The notes: generated from the letters alone by a model not told the origin. 62,222 nt of DNA from a bacterium (GCA_963619835.1 CAVEYD010000001.1:1-62222), one strand, 5' to 3'; positions 28,309-35,922 are shown, counted from the first letter of the stretch. Numbers and translations: made by a program.

Positions 28309-28377
28309 GGGGTTTTGCAAACGCAAACGGAATGGATGTTTTTGCAGGAGAGAAATTTGCTCGCGAAGTAAAACCCC
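28309..28377 (-). terminator. Long-loop hairpin plus U-tract after the 264-aa gene (weak terminator candidate)
   Basis: Minus-strand arms GGGGUUUU (28370-28377) / AAAACCCC (28309-28316) enclose ~53 nt and are followed by UUGUUUUGG. Confidence 0.35.
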
Positions 28378-28436
28378 GTTTTGAAACAATTTTGGTGTGC
28401 CTGCACAGTGCAAGCAAGTTTGATTTTGAACGGCAA

Positions 28437-29231
28437 CTAATTTTGTTCGGTTGCTTCAACCACGTTGAACAACATGTCAAGTTTAAGTTGACCGCCCAAA
28501 ATGTCGTCGGTGCAATCCGGATCGTCACCTTCGAGCCAAATTACAACAGTGATTTTGGCAATGTCGCCGGGGGCAAAGTCCTTTACGATGCTTTGCGTAA
28601 CGGTTGCGTTGCTGGCAAAGTTGGTCATTACACGAGTTGGGTTGCCGTCTTCGTCCGAGTCAATTTCCGGATCGCCGTTGCCACCTGTTTTTGCCTTGGC
28701 AAAATCGGTGTACGAACCATCGGTTGTGATAACATCGGTTGCCGACTTGTAGTAGTCTTTGTTGTAGTACAAGCGGACACGTGCTGCATTTTCAATTCCC
28801 AAAGTTGCCGACGTTACAATTAAATCGTACTTGTACGAACATGTTGTTGTGCCGGTGTTTTTGAGAAAGAACGTGTAAGCAACGTAATTTTCGCCGTTGT
28901 GCTCGCCACCCTCGTCGTTGAGACTGACGGGCAAGGTTGTGCCGCTTATGTTTGTTATGGACTTGACGGCTTTAGAGTTGAGCCGTGAAGTTTGTTGAGT
29001 GAACGTGTCACTTTCCGACAGCGCAAGAGAGTAGTTTTGATTGTTGACGTCGGTTACGCTTACAGTGAAACTGCCGTAACGATTGAACAATACCGAGCAA
29101 ACATAGGCAATTAAAAGCAACGCTACAATTATGCCAATTGCTATTGGAATAATTTTGCGGAGCGCACGCTGTGTTGCTATGCTACCGGATGCCCTTGCGA
29201 GCGTAGATGATGGTTTTTTTTCGTTGAGCAT
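28437..29231 (-). CDS. Membrane-anchored or secreted beta-rich protein, TasA-like features
   Basis: 264 aa. N-terminal TM segment (IIPIAIGIIVALLLIAYVCSVLF) followed by NRYGSFTVSV. Contains YVAYTFFLKNTGTTTCSYKY and a C-terminal ITVVIWLEGDDPDC block resembling the C-termini of the other SipW-type proteins here. AAGAGG RBS. The start lies 3 nt after the stop of the degenerate-EAL gene. Confidence 0.75.
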   Translation of the reverse strand: MLNEKKPSSTLARASGSIATQRALRKIIPIAIGIIVALLLIAYVCSVLFNRYGSFTVSVTDVNNQNYSLALSESDTFTQQTSRLNSKAVKSITNISGTTLPVSLNDEGGEHNGENYVAYTFFLKNTGTTTCSYKYDLIVTSATLGIENAARVRLYYNKDYYKSATDVITTDGSYTDFAKAKTGGNGDPEIDSDEDGNPTRVMTNFASNATVTQSIVKDFAPGDIAKITVVIWLEGDDPDCTDDILGGQLKLDMLFNVVEATEQN

Positions 29232-29234
29232 TTA

Positions 29235-30008
29235 CTATACCTCTTGGATGCCCAAGACTTGCGCAGGGGTTTGCTCGTCTGTTGACGGCAGACTTCCAAC
29301 AAAATCTTGCGAAGGAACAACACCTACACAACTTGTGCTACGAAGCTTTTGCAAGTCCGCATCGTTTTGGACTTGGCTTGCTACCACTTGGCAACCAAGC
29401 CCGTTTGCAAACGTCAACAACGCGTTGAGCACCGAAAGACCATCGGTTTTTTGCAAGTAGCTTGTAAGCTCCGGCGCAAAAAGAATATCGGGCGTTAAGC
29501 TTGCAAGTGCTGTCATGGGGAACAATTTTGTTCCAAAACCTTCGACGGCAACTTTTAACCCTATTGCGCGTGTGGATGCAATTAGCTTTGTGTACTTTTC
29601 GGTCGCAAACAACAGTTCTTGCGGAAAAACAAAACAAAGTGTTTTTGCAAGCTTAGATTGACGTTCGACAATGGCATCGACACGATTGATAAAATCGGGA
29701 CGTTCGAGCACACACAACGGACAATCCATTGCAATGAAGTTGAACGATTTGCCTTGATCAAGCAAGATTTGTGCCATCTTTGCGCCTTTTGTTAAAAGTA
29801 CAAAGAAAAGTTCGGCTTGCATCTCGTCGGAAACGGCAGAAAAACTTTCCTGCGACAAACTTCCAAACAAAATGCTGTTTACTGTGCCGCGTTGGTAGTA
29901 CCCTACGATTTCATCGCCGTACAAATTCCACACGGGAGTAAATTTTACTTGAATGGGGGCAACTCCGCTTTCAAGCGTGCGTTGCACATAGCTGTTTAGT
30001 TGCGACAT
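29235..30008 (-). CDS. Stand-alone degenerate EAL-domain protein (predicted catalytically inactive; possible c-di-GMP receptor)
   Basis: About 257 aa from the ATG at 30008 (GAGGAGAGAG RBS; the ORF-track N-terminal extension to 30206 would run through the riboswitch). It is collinear with the EAL domain, but every catalytic position I checked by eye is substituted: GYYQR for E-A-L-R, FIAMDCP for NxS, VFPQE for E-x-T-E, VAVEGFGT for DDFGTG, ILFAPE for KxD, VVASQVQ for AEGVE, and VVPSQDF for QGY. Confidence 0.7.
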   Translation of the reverse strand: MSQLNSYVQRTLESGVAPIQVKFTPVWNLYGDEIVGYYQRGTVNSILFGSLSQESFSAVSDEMQAELFFVLLTKGAKMAQILLDQGKSFNFIAMDCPLCVLERPDFINRVDAIVERQSKLAKTLCFVFPQELLFATEKYTKLIASTRAIGLKVAVEGFGTKLFPMTALASLTPDILFAPELTSYLQKTDGLSVLNALLTFANGLGCQVVASQVQNDADLQKLRSTSCVGVVPSQDFVGSLPSTDEQTPAQVLGIQEV

Positions 30009-30046
30009 GGTACACTCTCTCCTCGTACACCGTGATTTAGGCAAAT

Positions 30047-30101
30047 AAAAAAGTTGCAACTTAAATGTACCCTGTACAAAAAATTGCAACTCGGCTGACT
30101 T
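30047..30101 (-). promoter_or_regulatory. Second copy of the R2 3' half plus a second terminator-like hairpin
   Basis: The 22-nt segment aaaattgcaactcggctgactt occurs twice (30080-30101 and 30151-30172, period 71). The second GUUGCAAU pairs with GUUGCAAC (30053-30060, one G.U pair), followed by U6 (30047-30052). Confidence 0.6.
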
Positions 30102-30113
30102 ACCAAAGACAAT

Positions 30114-30220
30114 AAAAAAAGTTGCAATCATACGCATCACTAATGTGATGAAAATTGCAACTCGGCTGACTTGTGAAGTCCCTATGGTTTTGCGTCGCCG
30201 CCTCACGACGGTTTTGCTAA
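30114..30220 (-). promoter_or_regulatory. c-di-GMP-I (GEMM-I)-like riboswitch candidate R2 with an intrinsic terminator
   Basis: Minus-strand read: UAGCAAAACCGUC-GUGA-GGCGG-CGACGCAAAACCAUAGGGACUUCACAAGUCAGCCGAGUUGCAAU. It has a GNRA-capped hairpin plus the ACGCAAA and CAGCC.GUUGC blocks, and aligns nearly position for position with R1. The aptamer 3' end GUUGCAAU (30154-30161) pairs with AUUGCAAC (30121-30128), followed by U7 (30114-30120). Confidence 0.75.
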
Positions 30221-30241
30221 ATATTTACCTTTTGTGCTACT

Positions 30242-30271
30242 ACTATACCACAAGGCTTTGCCGAATGTCAA
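30242..30271 (-). promoter_or_regulatory. Sigma-A-type promoter driving R2 and the degenerate-EAL operon
   Basis: Minus strand: TTGACA (30266-30271), 18-nt spacer ending in TGg (extended -10), then TATAGT (30242-30247). The aptamer starts about 20 nt downstream. Confidence 0.65.
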
Positions 30272-30367
30272 CAATTTTTTGAAAGTTTTTTGAAATTTTT
30301 TTGTGCCAAAAACGGTTTTGTTGTGAAAGTGTACTTTTTTGTGTGATAAGTGTTTCTTTGCGTGAGA

Positions 30368-30850
30368 TTAGTCTTGGACTACAATAGTCTGTTTGTTTAG
30401 GCTGGTTAAAAACTTTTTGAAACTTTCGAGCGAAAGCACTACCGTTGCCGTATTGTCGCACGGGTGAAACTTGACGTTTTGCGCATTCCACACGTCAACA
30501 TCGATTAAAAGCGGAATTTGATTGCCTACTTCGTTGAGAAAAGCAAACGGCGAAACACTTCCGCGATGAACGGAAAGATCGGCAAAAAGCTTTTCTTCGG
30601 TGGCAAACTCAAACTTGGCACAACCGACGTAACCGGCAAGCTTGCGCATATCGGCTCGCTTATCGAACGGCAGTACTACAAGATAGTAGTTGTTTGACTT
30701 TTTGTCCTTAACGTACAAACTTTTGCAAGACATGCAGTTTGGCACATGAATGATCTGCCGAGATTCTTCTGTGGTGACAACCGCAGGATGTCGCAAAAGC
30801 GTGTAGGACAAGCCTAAACTTGTGAGATAATCGGTTACTTTTTGTATCAT
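30368..30850 (-). CDS. YbaK/ProX-type aminoacyl-tRNA deacylase domain protein
   Basis: About 160 aa from the ATG at 30850. Profile: ..LGLSYTLLRHPAVVTTEE...CKSLYVKDKKSNNYYLVVLPFDKRADMRKLA...GSVSPFAF.. The start codon is uncertain because no clear SD precedes any candidate ATG. Confidence 0.65.
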   Translation of the reverse strand: MIQKVTDYLTSLGLSYTLLRHPAVVTTEESRQIIHVPNCMSCKSLYVKDKKSNNYYLVVLPFDKRADMRKLAGYVGCAKFEFATEEKLFADLSVHRGSVSPFAFLNEVGNQIPLLIDVDVWNAQNVKFHPCDNTATVVLSLESFKKFLTSLNKQTIVVQD

Positions 30851-30951
30851 AGTACTTTGTATATATTTATATACCACAATCATTATACTACCACATTTTG
30901 ACTTTTGCAAACGATTTGCCACTGTTTTAGCGCAAAATGACACTGCAATTA

Positions 30952-30980
30952 TTGACGAAAATTAAAAAACATTGTATAAT
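30952..30980 (+). promoter_or_regulatory. Near-consensus promoter of rplI
   Basis: TTGACG (30952-30957), 17-nt spacer, TATAAT (30975-30980). Confidence 0.65.
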
Positions 30981-31056
30981 TGCCCTACATTGAGAAATCT
31001 CAAACGGACTTAGCAAACAGCTGTTTAATTTAATCTACGTCCGTAATAGGTGAAAT

Positions 31057-31494
31057 ATGAAAGTACTACTTCTTGCCGACGTGAAAGGTCAGGGTAAAAA
31101 AGGTGAAATAATAAACGTTTCGGACGGCTATGCAAACAACTTCCTTCTAAAAAAAGGCTTGGGAAAACTTGCAAACGCCGACACAATGAACGCTGTTGCC
31201 ATACACGACAAAGCTGTGGAACGTCAAAAGGCAGAGGAAAAGGCAGCCGCACTTGACGCCGCTAAAAAACTTAAAGGCGCAGTTGTAAAAATTGTTGCCG
31301 ACAAGGGAAGTCAAGGCAAGCTTTACGGAAGCATCACAGCAAAAGAAATTGCCGAACAACTTTGCAGTATGGGTTACACTGTGGACAAAAAACAAATTGT
31401 GCTGAAAGAGCCTATTCGCGTAACGGGAAACTATCAAGTAAACGTGCGCATGTATGCCGAAGTTGCCGTTGCAATTACCGTAATTGTAGAATAA
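31057..31494 (+). CDS. rplI: 50S ribosomal protein L9
   Basis: 145 aa. [36 protein letters not shown] is the canonical L9 N-domain. It is followed by a long helix and a C-terminal domain. Confidence 0.95.
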   Translation: MKVLLLADVKGQGKKGEIINVSDGYANNFLLKKGLGKLANADTMNAVAIHDKAVERQKAEEKAAALDAAKKLKGAVVKIVADKGSQGKLYGSITAKEIAEQLCSMGYTVDKKQIVLKEPIRVTGNYQVNVRMYAEVAVAITVIVE

Positions 31495-31566
31495 TTTTGT
31501 AAAGGACGCCCCCAAAAAAGGACGTCTTTTTCAAAAGAGAAACACACAAAACAATGTTCGTTTTTG

Positions 31567-31606
31567 TTGACTTAAAAATACCGTTTTGATATAATATCTC
31601 AAAACG
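31567..31606 (+). promoter_or_regulatory. Promoter with an overlapping inverted-repeat operator (likely MarR autoregulation)
   Basis: TTGACT (31567-31572), 17-nt spacer, TATAAT (31590-31595). An 8-bp inverted repeat cgttttga (31582-31589) / tcaaaacg (31599-31606) brackets the -10 element. Confidence 0.6.
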
Positions 31607-31621
31607 TTTGGAGACAAATTT

Positions 31622-32074
31622 ATGAGTAAATCAATTGCCGATTTGACCGATTTGATTTTTACATACTACCCCGCTGTGCGAAAAGTTTTTAGAAACTTGG
31701 TTTCGATTAAAGGTGTGCCTATTTCGATGACTCAACTTACTTGCTTAAACATTTTGGGCAAAAAGGAAAAACTATCAATGTCGGAACTGGCAGACGACCT
31801 AAATATGAGCAATCAACAACTGACTAAAGTTGTGGATGCTCTTGTAGATTTTGGCATGGCAAAGCGCACTATTGAACCTTCTAACAGACGTAAAATTTAT
31901 GCCGAAATTACCGAATACGGCAAAGAAACACTTACATCGCTTAGACAGGAACTTGACAAAAAGCTTAACCATATTTTGAAAAAAACTCCCGACGACGAAC
32001 TGGACAAACTGTACGAAAGTATTGCTCACATCGCTTGGTACTTTGGCTACAAAGATTATTCTAACAGAGACTGA
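31622..32074 (+). CDS. MarR-family transcriptional regulator
   Basis: 150 aa with a winged-HTH profile (MTQLTCLNILGKKEKLSMSELADDLNMSNQQLTKVVDALVDFGMAKR..PSNRRKIY). Confidence 0.85.
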   Translation: MSKSIADLTDLIFTYYPAVRKVFRNLVSIKGVPISMTQLTCLNILGKKEKLSMSELADDLNMSNQQLTKVVDALVDFGMAKRTIEPSNRRKIYAEITEYGKETLTSLRQELDKKLNHILKKTPDDELDKLYESIAHIAWYFGYKDYSNRD

Positions 32075-32079
32075 CAACT

Positions 32080-32799
32080 ATGCTACCACAAAAAACATTT
32101 TTAAAACAATCTTTTGAACTTTTTGAAAGCGATTTTGACCACAACGAGAATTTGAAAATATCTCGTCTTATGGAATATATGCAAAATATCGCCACCACTC
32201 ACGCACAAAGCCTTGGTTTTGGTTGGTACGACTTGGACAAACGGGGACTTGTGTGGGTAGTTTCTAAAATGAAATTGCAGTTTTGCCGTCCCATAAGACG
32301 CGGTGAAAAATTTGTTACAATTTGCACTTGGCCACAAAAAGCCGATAAATTTTTTAGCAATAGATTTTTTACCATTCTAAACGAAAACAATGAGGAAGTG
32401 GCAAATGTACTTTCCGTTTGGCTGATAATTGACAAACAAAACAGAAAAATTGTGCCGTGCGGAAAAGTGGACCTTTTGAACGTCCCCGACTACGACGAAA
32501 CGTCTAACGGCGTTGTCAACAGTTTTGTTAGAATAAACAAAGAAAATTTGCAATTCAATTACAACTTTGTGGCACGTCAAAGTTTGTTGGACGTGAACGG
32601 ACACGTAAACAATACACACTACGTCGATTTTGCCCTGGATGCCGTAGAAGGTGCGCCAAAACAGATTGAAATTGTGTATCACAAGGAAATAAAGCAAAAC
32701 GACACAGTTGACGTTTACTCCGCGCGCACGGAAAACGACGCGGAAGTTTTGGGGGAAGTGCTTGGCACAACTTGCTTTACCGTGAAATTTGAGTACTAA
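32080..32799 (+). CDS. Acyl-ACP thioesterase family protein
   Basis: 239 aa with double hot-dog organisation (GLVWVVSKMKLQF..., second half DVNGHVNNTHYVDFALD). The start lies 5 nt after the MarR stop. Confidence 0.75.
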   Translation: MLPQKTFLKQSFELFESDFDHNENLKISRLMEYMQNIATTHAQSLGFGWYDLDKRGLVWVVSKMKLQFCRPIRRGEKFVTICTWPQKADKFFSNRFFTILNENNEEVANVLSVWLIIDKQNRKIVPCGKVDLLNVPDYDETSNGVVNSFVRINKENLQFNYNFVARQSLLDVNGHVNNTHYVDFALDAVEGAPKQIEIVYHKEIKQNDTVDVYSARTENDAEVLGEVLGTTCFTVKFEY

Positions 32800-32865
32800 C
32801 AACCACCCTAAAAAATATTAAGCTATACGAAAATTTTTTTTGAGTAAATATCTTTTACTGTATTG

Positions 32866-32894
32866 TTGACAATTTTGAAGGAATTTAATATAAT
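32866..32894 (+). promoter_or_regulatory. Consensus sigma-A promoter upstream of the riboswitch and P-type ATPase
   Basis: TTGACA (32866-32871), 17-nt spacer, TATAAT (32889-32894). Confidence 0.75.
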
Positions 32895-32913
32895 AATTGT
32901 CATAAACTGAATA

Positions 32914-33044
32914 GTGAGGGAGTAATTTGCGTACTTTGTGTACGAGACACTGCCAACAACAACACGATGTTTTTTACATCTGGTAATGTTATAATAAATG
33001 AGACTCACGCCAACTTTGTTAAGAGTGGCGTGTGTCTTTTTTTT
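32914..33044 (+). promoter_or_regulatory. yybP-ykoY-like (Mn2+) riboswitch candidate with an intrinsic terminator
   Basis: P1 is GUGAG (32914-32918) / CUCAC (33004-33008), enclosing GGGAGUAA (compare the conserved GGGGAGUAG), an ACAU-CUGGUA-AUGU hairpin and ..AUGAGAC. The terminator 5' arm gagactcacgcca (33000-33012) overlaps the P1 3' strand and pairs with tggcgtgtgtc (33026-33036), followed by T8. This is ON-switch logic. The downstream gene is a P-type ATPase, a classic cargo of this riboswitch class. Confidence 0.55.
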
Positions 33045-33155
33045 GGCTTGATTGCTTTGACGGTTTAAATATCCCTTGCATACACTTTTGACAACATTTT
33101 GAAAACTCAAACAATATTTCGTTGTTTGTGCATAAATCTTTTAAGGAGAAAAATA

Positions 33156-35876
33156 ATGAAAAAAAGTAGTAACGAAAATGTCGTGATAGATTCGACAAGA
33201 TACTACAACTTGAGTAGTGCCGAAACCCTTGCGAAAGTTAATTCGTCGGAAAACGGTATTAGCAATTCGGAAGCCGAAGCACGACTTGAGAAAAACGGCA
33301 AAAATAAACTTGCCGAAGGCAAAAAAACTCCGCTTATTGTGAAGTTTTTGCAACAACTTTCCGATCCGATGATCATCATTTTGATGATTGCGGCAGTTGT
33401 CAGCCTTGTTTTAACAATTGTTGAAGCCAATAAAAATGGTAAAACAGTTGGCGTTGCAGACTTTGCTGATGTTATTGTAATTGCAGCGGTTGTTTTGCTT
33501 AACTCCATACTGGGCGTTGTGCAAGAAAGCAAAGCCGAACAGGCTATTGAAGCTTTACAAAGCATGACCGAAGCAAAATGTAAAGTTGTCCGTGACGGAA
33601 AAATGCAAATAATTAATAGTTGCGACTTAACCGTCGGCGATATTGTGTTGCTTGAGGCCGGAGACAGCGTTCCTGCAGACTGCCGCATTTTGGAAGTTGC
33701 AAGTTGTAAGGTTGAAGAAGCCGCACTTACCGGAGAAAGCGTTCCCGTTGACAAAATCTTTGATACAATTAGCGGAGAAGTTTCCCTCGGTGACCGCAAG
33801 AACATGCTATATATGGGAAGTTCGATTGCCTACGGACGTGCAAAAGCAGTTGTTGTGGCTACGGGCATGGCAACGGAAATGGGCAAAATTGCAAACGTCC
33901 TTGCAAATGCAAAAGAAGAGAAAACTCCGTTACAAGTAAAGATGAGTCAACTTTCAAAAATTTTGACTTACGCAATTTTGGGCATTTGCGCATTTATTTT
34001 TGCATTTAACATTATAAAGGCAACAATAGAACAAAATCTTAAAACAACGGTAATCATTGACAGCTTTATGGTTGCGGTTGGTCTTGCTGTAGCAGCTATT
34101 CCCGAAGGGTTAGCTACAACCGTTACTATTGTGCTTAGTATTGGCGTAACAAACATGTCCAAGAAAAATGCCGTAATAAGAAAGCTTACCGCAGTTGAAA
34201 CTTTGGGTTGCGCCGAAATTATTTGTTCGGACAAGACAGGTACTCTTACCCAAAACAAAATGACTGTTGTAGAAACCTACGGCACTGACGACAAACTGCT
34301 TGCAACCGCAATGGCTCTTTGTAGCGATGCTCAAATCACTGACGGACAAGCCGTCGGCGAACCGACAGAGTGTGCTCTTGTTAACTACGCATATGCACAA
34401 GGATTAAACAAATCCGACGTCGAAAGCACTACTCCTCGCGTTGCGGAAGCTCCCTTTGACAGCATGCGAAAAATGATGTCAACATTACACAAGGTTGACG
34501 ACAAAATTGTTCAATACACAAAAGGTGCTCCTGACGAAATACTTGCTAAATGCACAAAGATTTGGACTAACGGACAAATTTGCGATTTAACGGAAGAAGA
34601 TCGTCAAAATATAGTAAATGCAAACAAGGCAATGGCAGACAAGGCTTTGCGTGTGCTTGCCGGGGCTTTTGTAGAGTATGACAGTTTGCCGTCGGACATT
34701 TCGCCTAAGGCTATCGAAAAAGATCTTGTGTTTGTGGGCCTTTGCGGAATGATTGACCCGGTACGTCCGGAAGTTATAGGGGCTATTGAAAAATGCCGCA
34801 AAGCAGGAATAAGACCAATAATGATTACCGGTGACCACATTGACACCGCTGTTGCAATTGCAATGCAACTTGGCATCATCACCGATGCATCACAAGCTAT
34901 TTTGGGCGCAAAACTCGACGAATTGAGTGATGAAGAATTTGAAAAGGTTGTTGCAAACTACTCTGTTTATGCACGTGTTCAACCGGAACACAAGGTGAGA
35001 ATAGTAAACACATGGAAAAAGCTCGGTAAAATTTGCGCCATGACCGGTGACGGAGTAAACGATGCACCAAGCATAAAATCTGCCGACATTGGCGTTGGAA
35101 TGGGAATTACCGGCACGGACGTTACAAAATCAACCGCCGACATGGTACTTTCGGACGACAATTTTGCAACAATAGTTTCTGCCGTAGGAGAAGGCAGACG
35201 CATTTACGACAACATTCGTAAGGCAATACAATTTTTACTATCAAGCAACCTTGCTGAAGTAATTGCAGTGTTTGTGGCAAGCATAAGCGGATTTACACTA
35301 CTTTTGCCGTCACACCTTTTGTGGATTAACCTTGTAACAGACTGCTTCCCGGCTATCGCCCTTGGAATAGAATCTGCCGAAGATGATATAATGAATCGTC
35401 CGCCACGTTCAAAAAACGAAGGAATTTTTGCAGACGGACTTGGCTTAAACGTTGTTGTACATGGCATTGTGCTTGCAGCAATTACACTTGTCGCTTACTT
35501 CATTGGAGAAAGTTTAGAGCATAGCGGGTTACAAAGTAATCAAGGTATGACGATGGCATTTTTAACACTTTCGATGGCGGAATTATTTCATGCTTACAAT
35601 GCTCGTAGCATGCATCACAGCATTTTCACTTTAAAGACACACAACAAGCTTTTGTGGGGTGCTATGATAAGTTCTTTGCTTCTTACAACTGCGGTTATAT
35701 TCGTCCCGGGACTTAACGAATTTTTCCACTTTGCAGAAAACGGAAAAGCAATAATTGATTTTAAAGAATACGTAATTGCTTTGGCATTGGCTTTTTCGAT
35801 AATCCCCATTGTTGAAATTCAAAAACTTATTACAAACGCAATAAGAAAGCACAAAACAAAAAAATTGAGTAAATAA
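33156..35876 (+). CDS. Cation-transporting P-type ATPase (P2-type, Ca2+/Mn2+ efflux-like)
   Basis: About 906 aa from the ATG at 33156 (AAGGAGA RBS). Motifs: TGES, phosphorylation site ICSDKTGTLTQNKM, MITGDH, TGDGVNDAPS, and 10 predicted TM segments. Confidence 0.9.
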   Translation: MKKSSNENVVIDSTRYYNLSSAETLAKVNSSENGISNSEAEARLEKNGKNKLAEGKKTPLIVKFLQQLSDPMIIILMIAAVVSLVLTIVEANKNGKTVGVADFADVIVIAAVVLLNSILGVVQESKAEQAIEALQSMTEAKCKVVRDGKMQIINSCDLTVGDIVLLEAGDSVPADCRILEVASCKVEEAALTGESVPVDKIFDTISGEVSLGDRKNMLYMGSSIAYGRAKAVVVATGMATEMGKIANVLANAKEEKTPLQVKMSQLSKILTYAILGICAFIFAFNIIKATIEQNLKTTVIIDSFMVAVGLAVAAIPEGLATTVTIVLSIGVTNMSKKNAVIRKLTAVETLGCAEIICSDKTGTLTQNKMTVVETYGTDDKLLATAMALCSDAQITDGQAVGEPTECALVNYAYAQGLNKSDVESTTPRVAEAPFDSMRKMMSTLHKVDDKIVQYTKGAPDEILAKCTKIWTNGQICDLTEEDRQNIVNANKAMADKALRVLAGAFVEYDSLPSDISPKAIEKDLVFVGLCGMIDPVRPEVIGAIEKCRKAGIRPIMITGDHIDTAVAIAMQLGIITDASQAILGAKLDELSDEEFEKVVANYSVYARVQPEHKVRIVNTWKKLGKICAMTGDGVNDAPSIKSADIGVGMGITGTDVTKSTADMVLSDDNFATIVSAVGEGRRIYDNIRKAIQFLLSSNLAEVIAVFVASISGFTLLLPSHLLWINLVTDCFPAIALGIESAEDDIMNRPPRSKNEGIFADGLGLNVVVHGIVLAAITLVAYFIGESLEHSGLQSNQGMTMAFLTLSMAELFHAYNARSMHHSIFTLKTHNKLLWGAMISSLLLTTAVIFVPGLNEFFHFAENGKAIIDFKEYVIALALAFSIIPIVEIQKLITNAIRKHKTKKLSK

Positions 35877-35889
35877 TTAAAACATAAAA

Positions 35890-35922
35890 ATGAGGTAGCA
35901 ACAAGCTACCTCATTTTTGTTT
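35890..35922. terminator. Bidirectional terminator between the P-type ATPase and tcdA
   Basis: 10-bp stem atgaggtagc (35890-35899) / gctacctcat (35905-35914) with a 5-nt loop. TTTTGTTT lies downstream and an A-run upstream. Confidence 0.8.

Noticed and set aside
28221-28823. 200-aa plus-strand ORF spanning the leader/terminator region and the 3' end of the 264-aa gene
   Set aside because: It is antisense to a well-supported minus-strand CDS and to the promoter and leader of the TasA-like gene. It has no RBS and a low-complexity composition. The same reasoning applies to other antisense or out-of-frame ORFs inside long CDSs, for example 2301-2972, 8922-9194, 20263-20787, 21778-22362, 24936-25340, 33203-33805 and 49401-49820.
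29235-30206. ORF-track N-terminal extensions, here 66 extra codons. Others occur at 59013-60365, 48858-49910, 33099-35876, 25982-26932 and 24144-25772.
   Set aside because: The extensions lack an RBS, have odd composition, or run through promoters and riboswitches. In each case a downstream ATG with a good Shine-Dalgarno sequence gives a protein starting at the expected family N-terminus.
32823-33110. 95-aa minus-strand ORF upstream of the P-type ATPase
   Set aside because: It lies exactly over a consensus plus-strand promoter, the riboswitch-like leader and its terminator. The RNA-element interpretation explains the sequence better.
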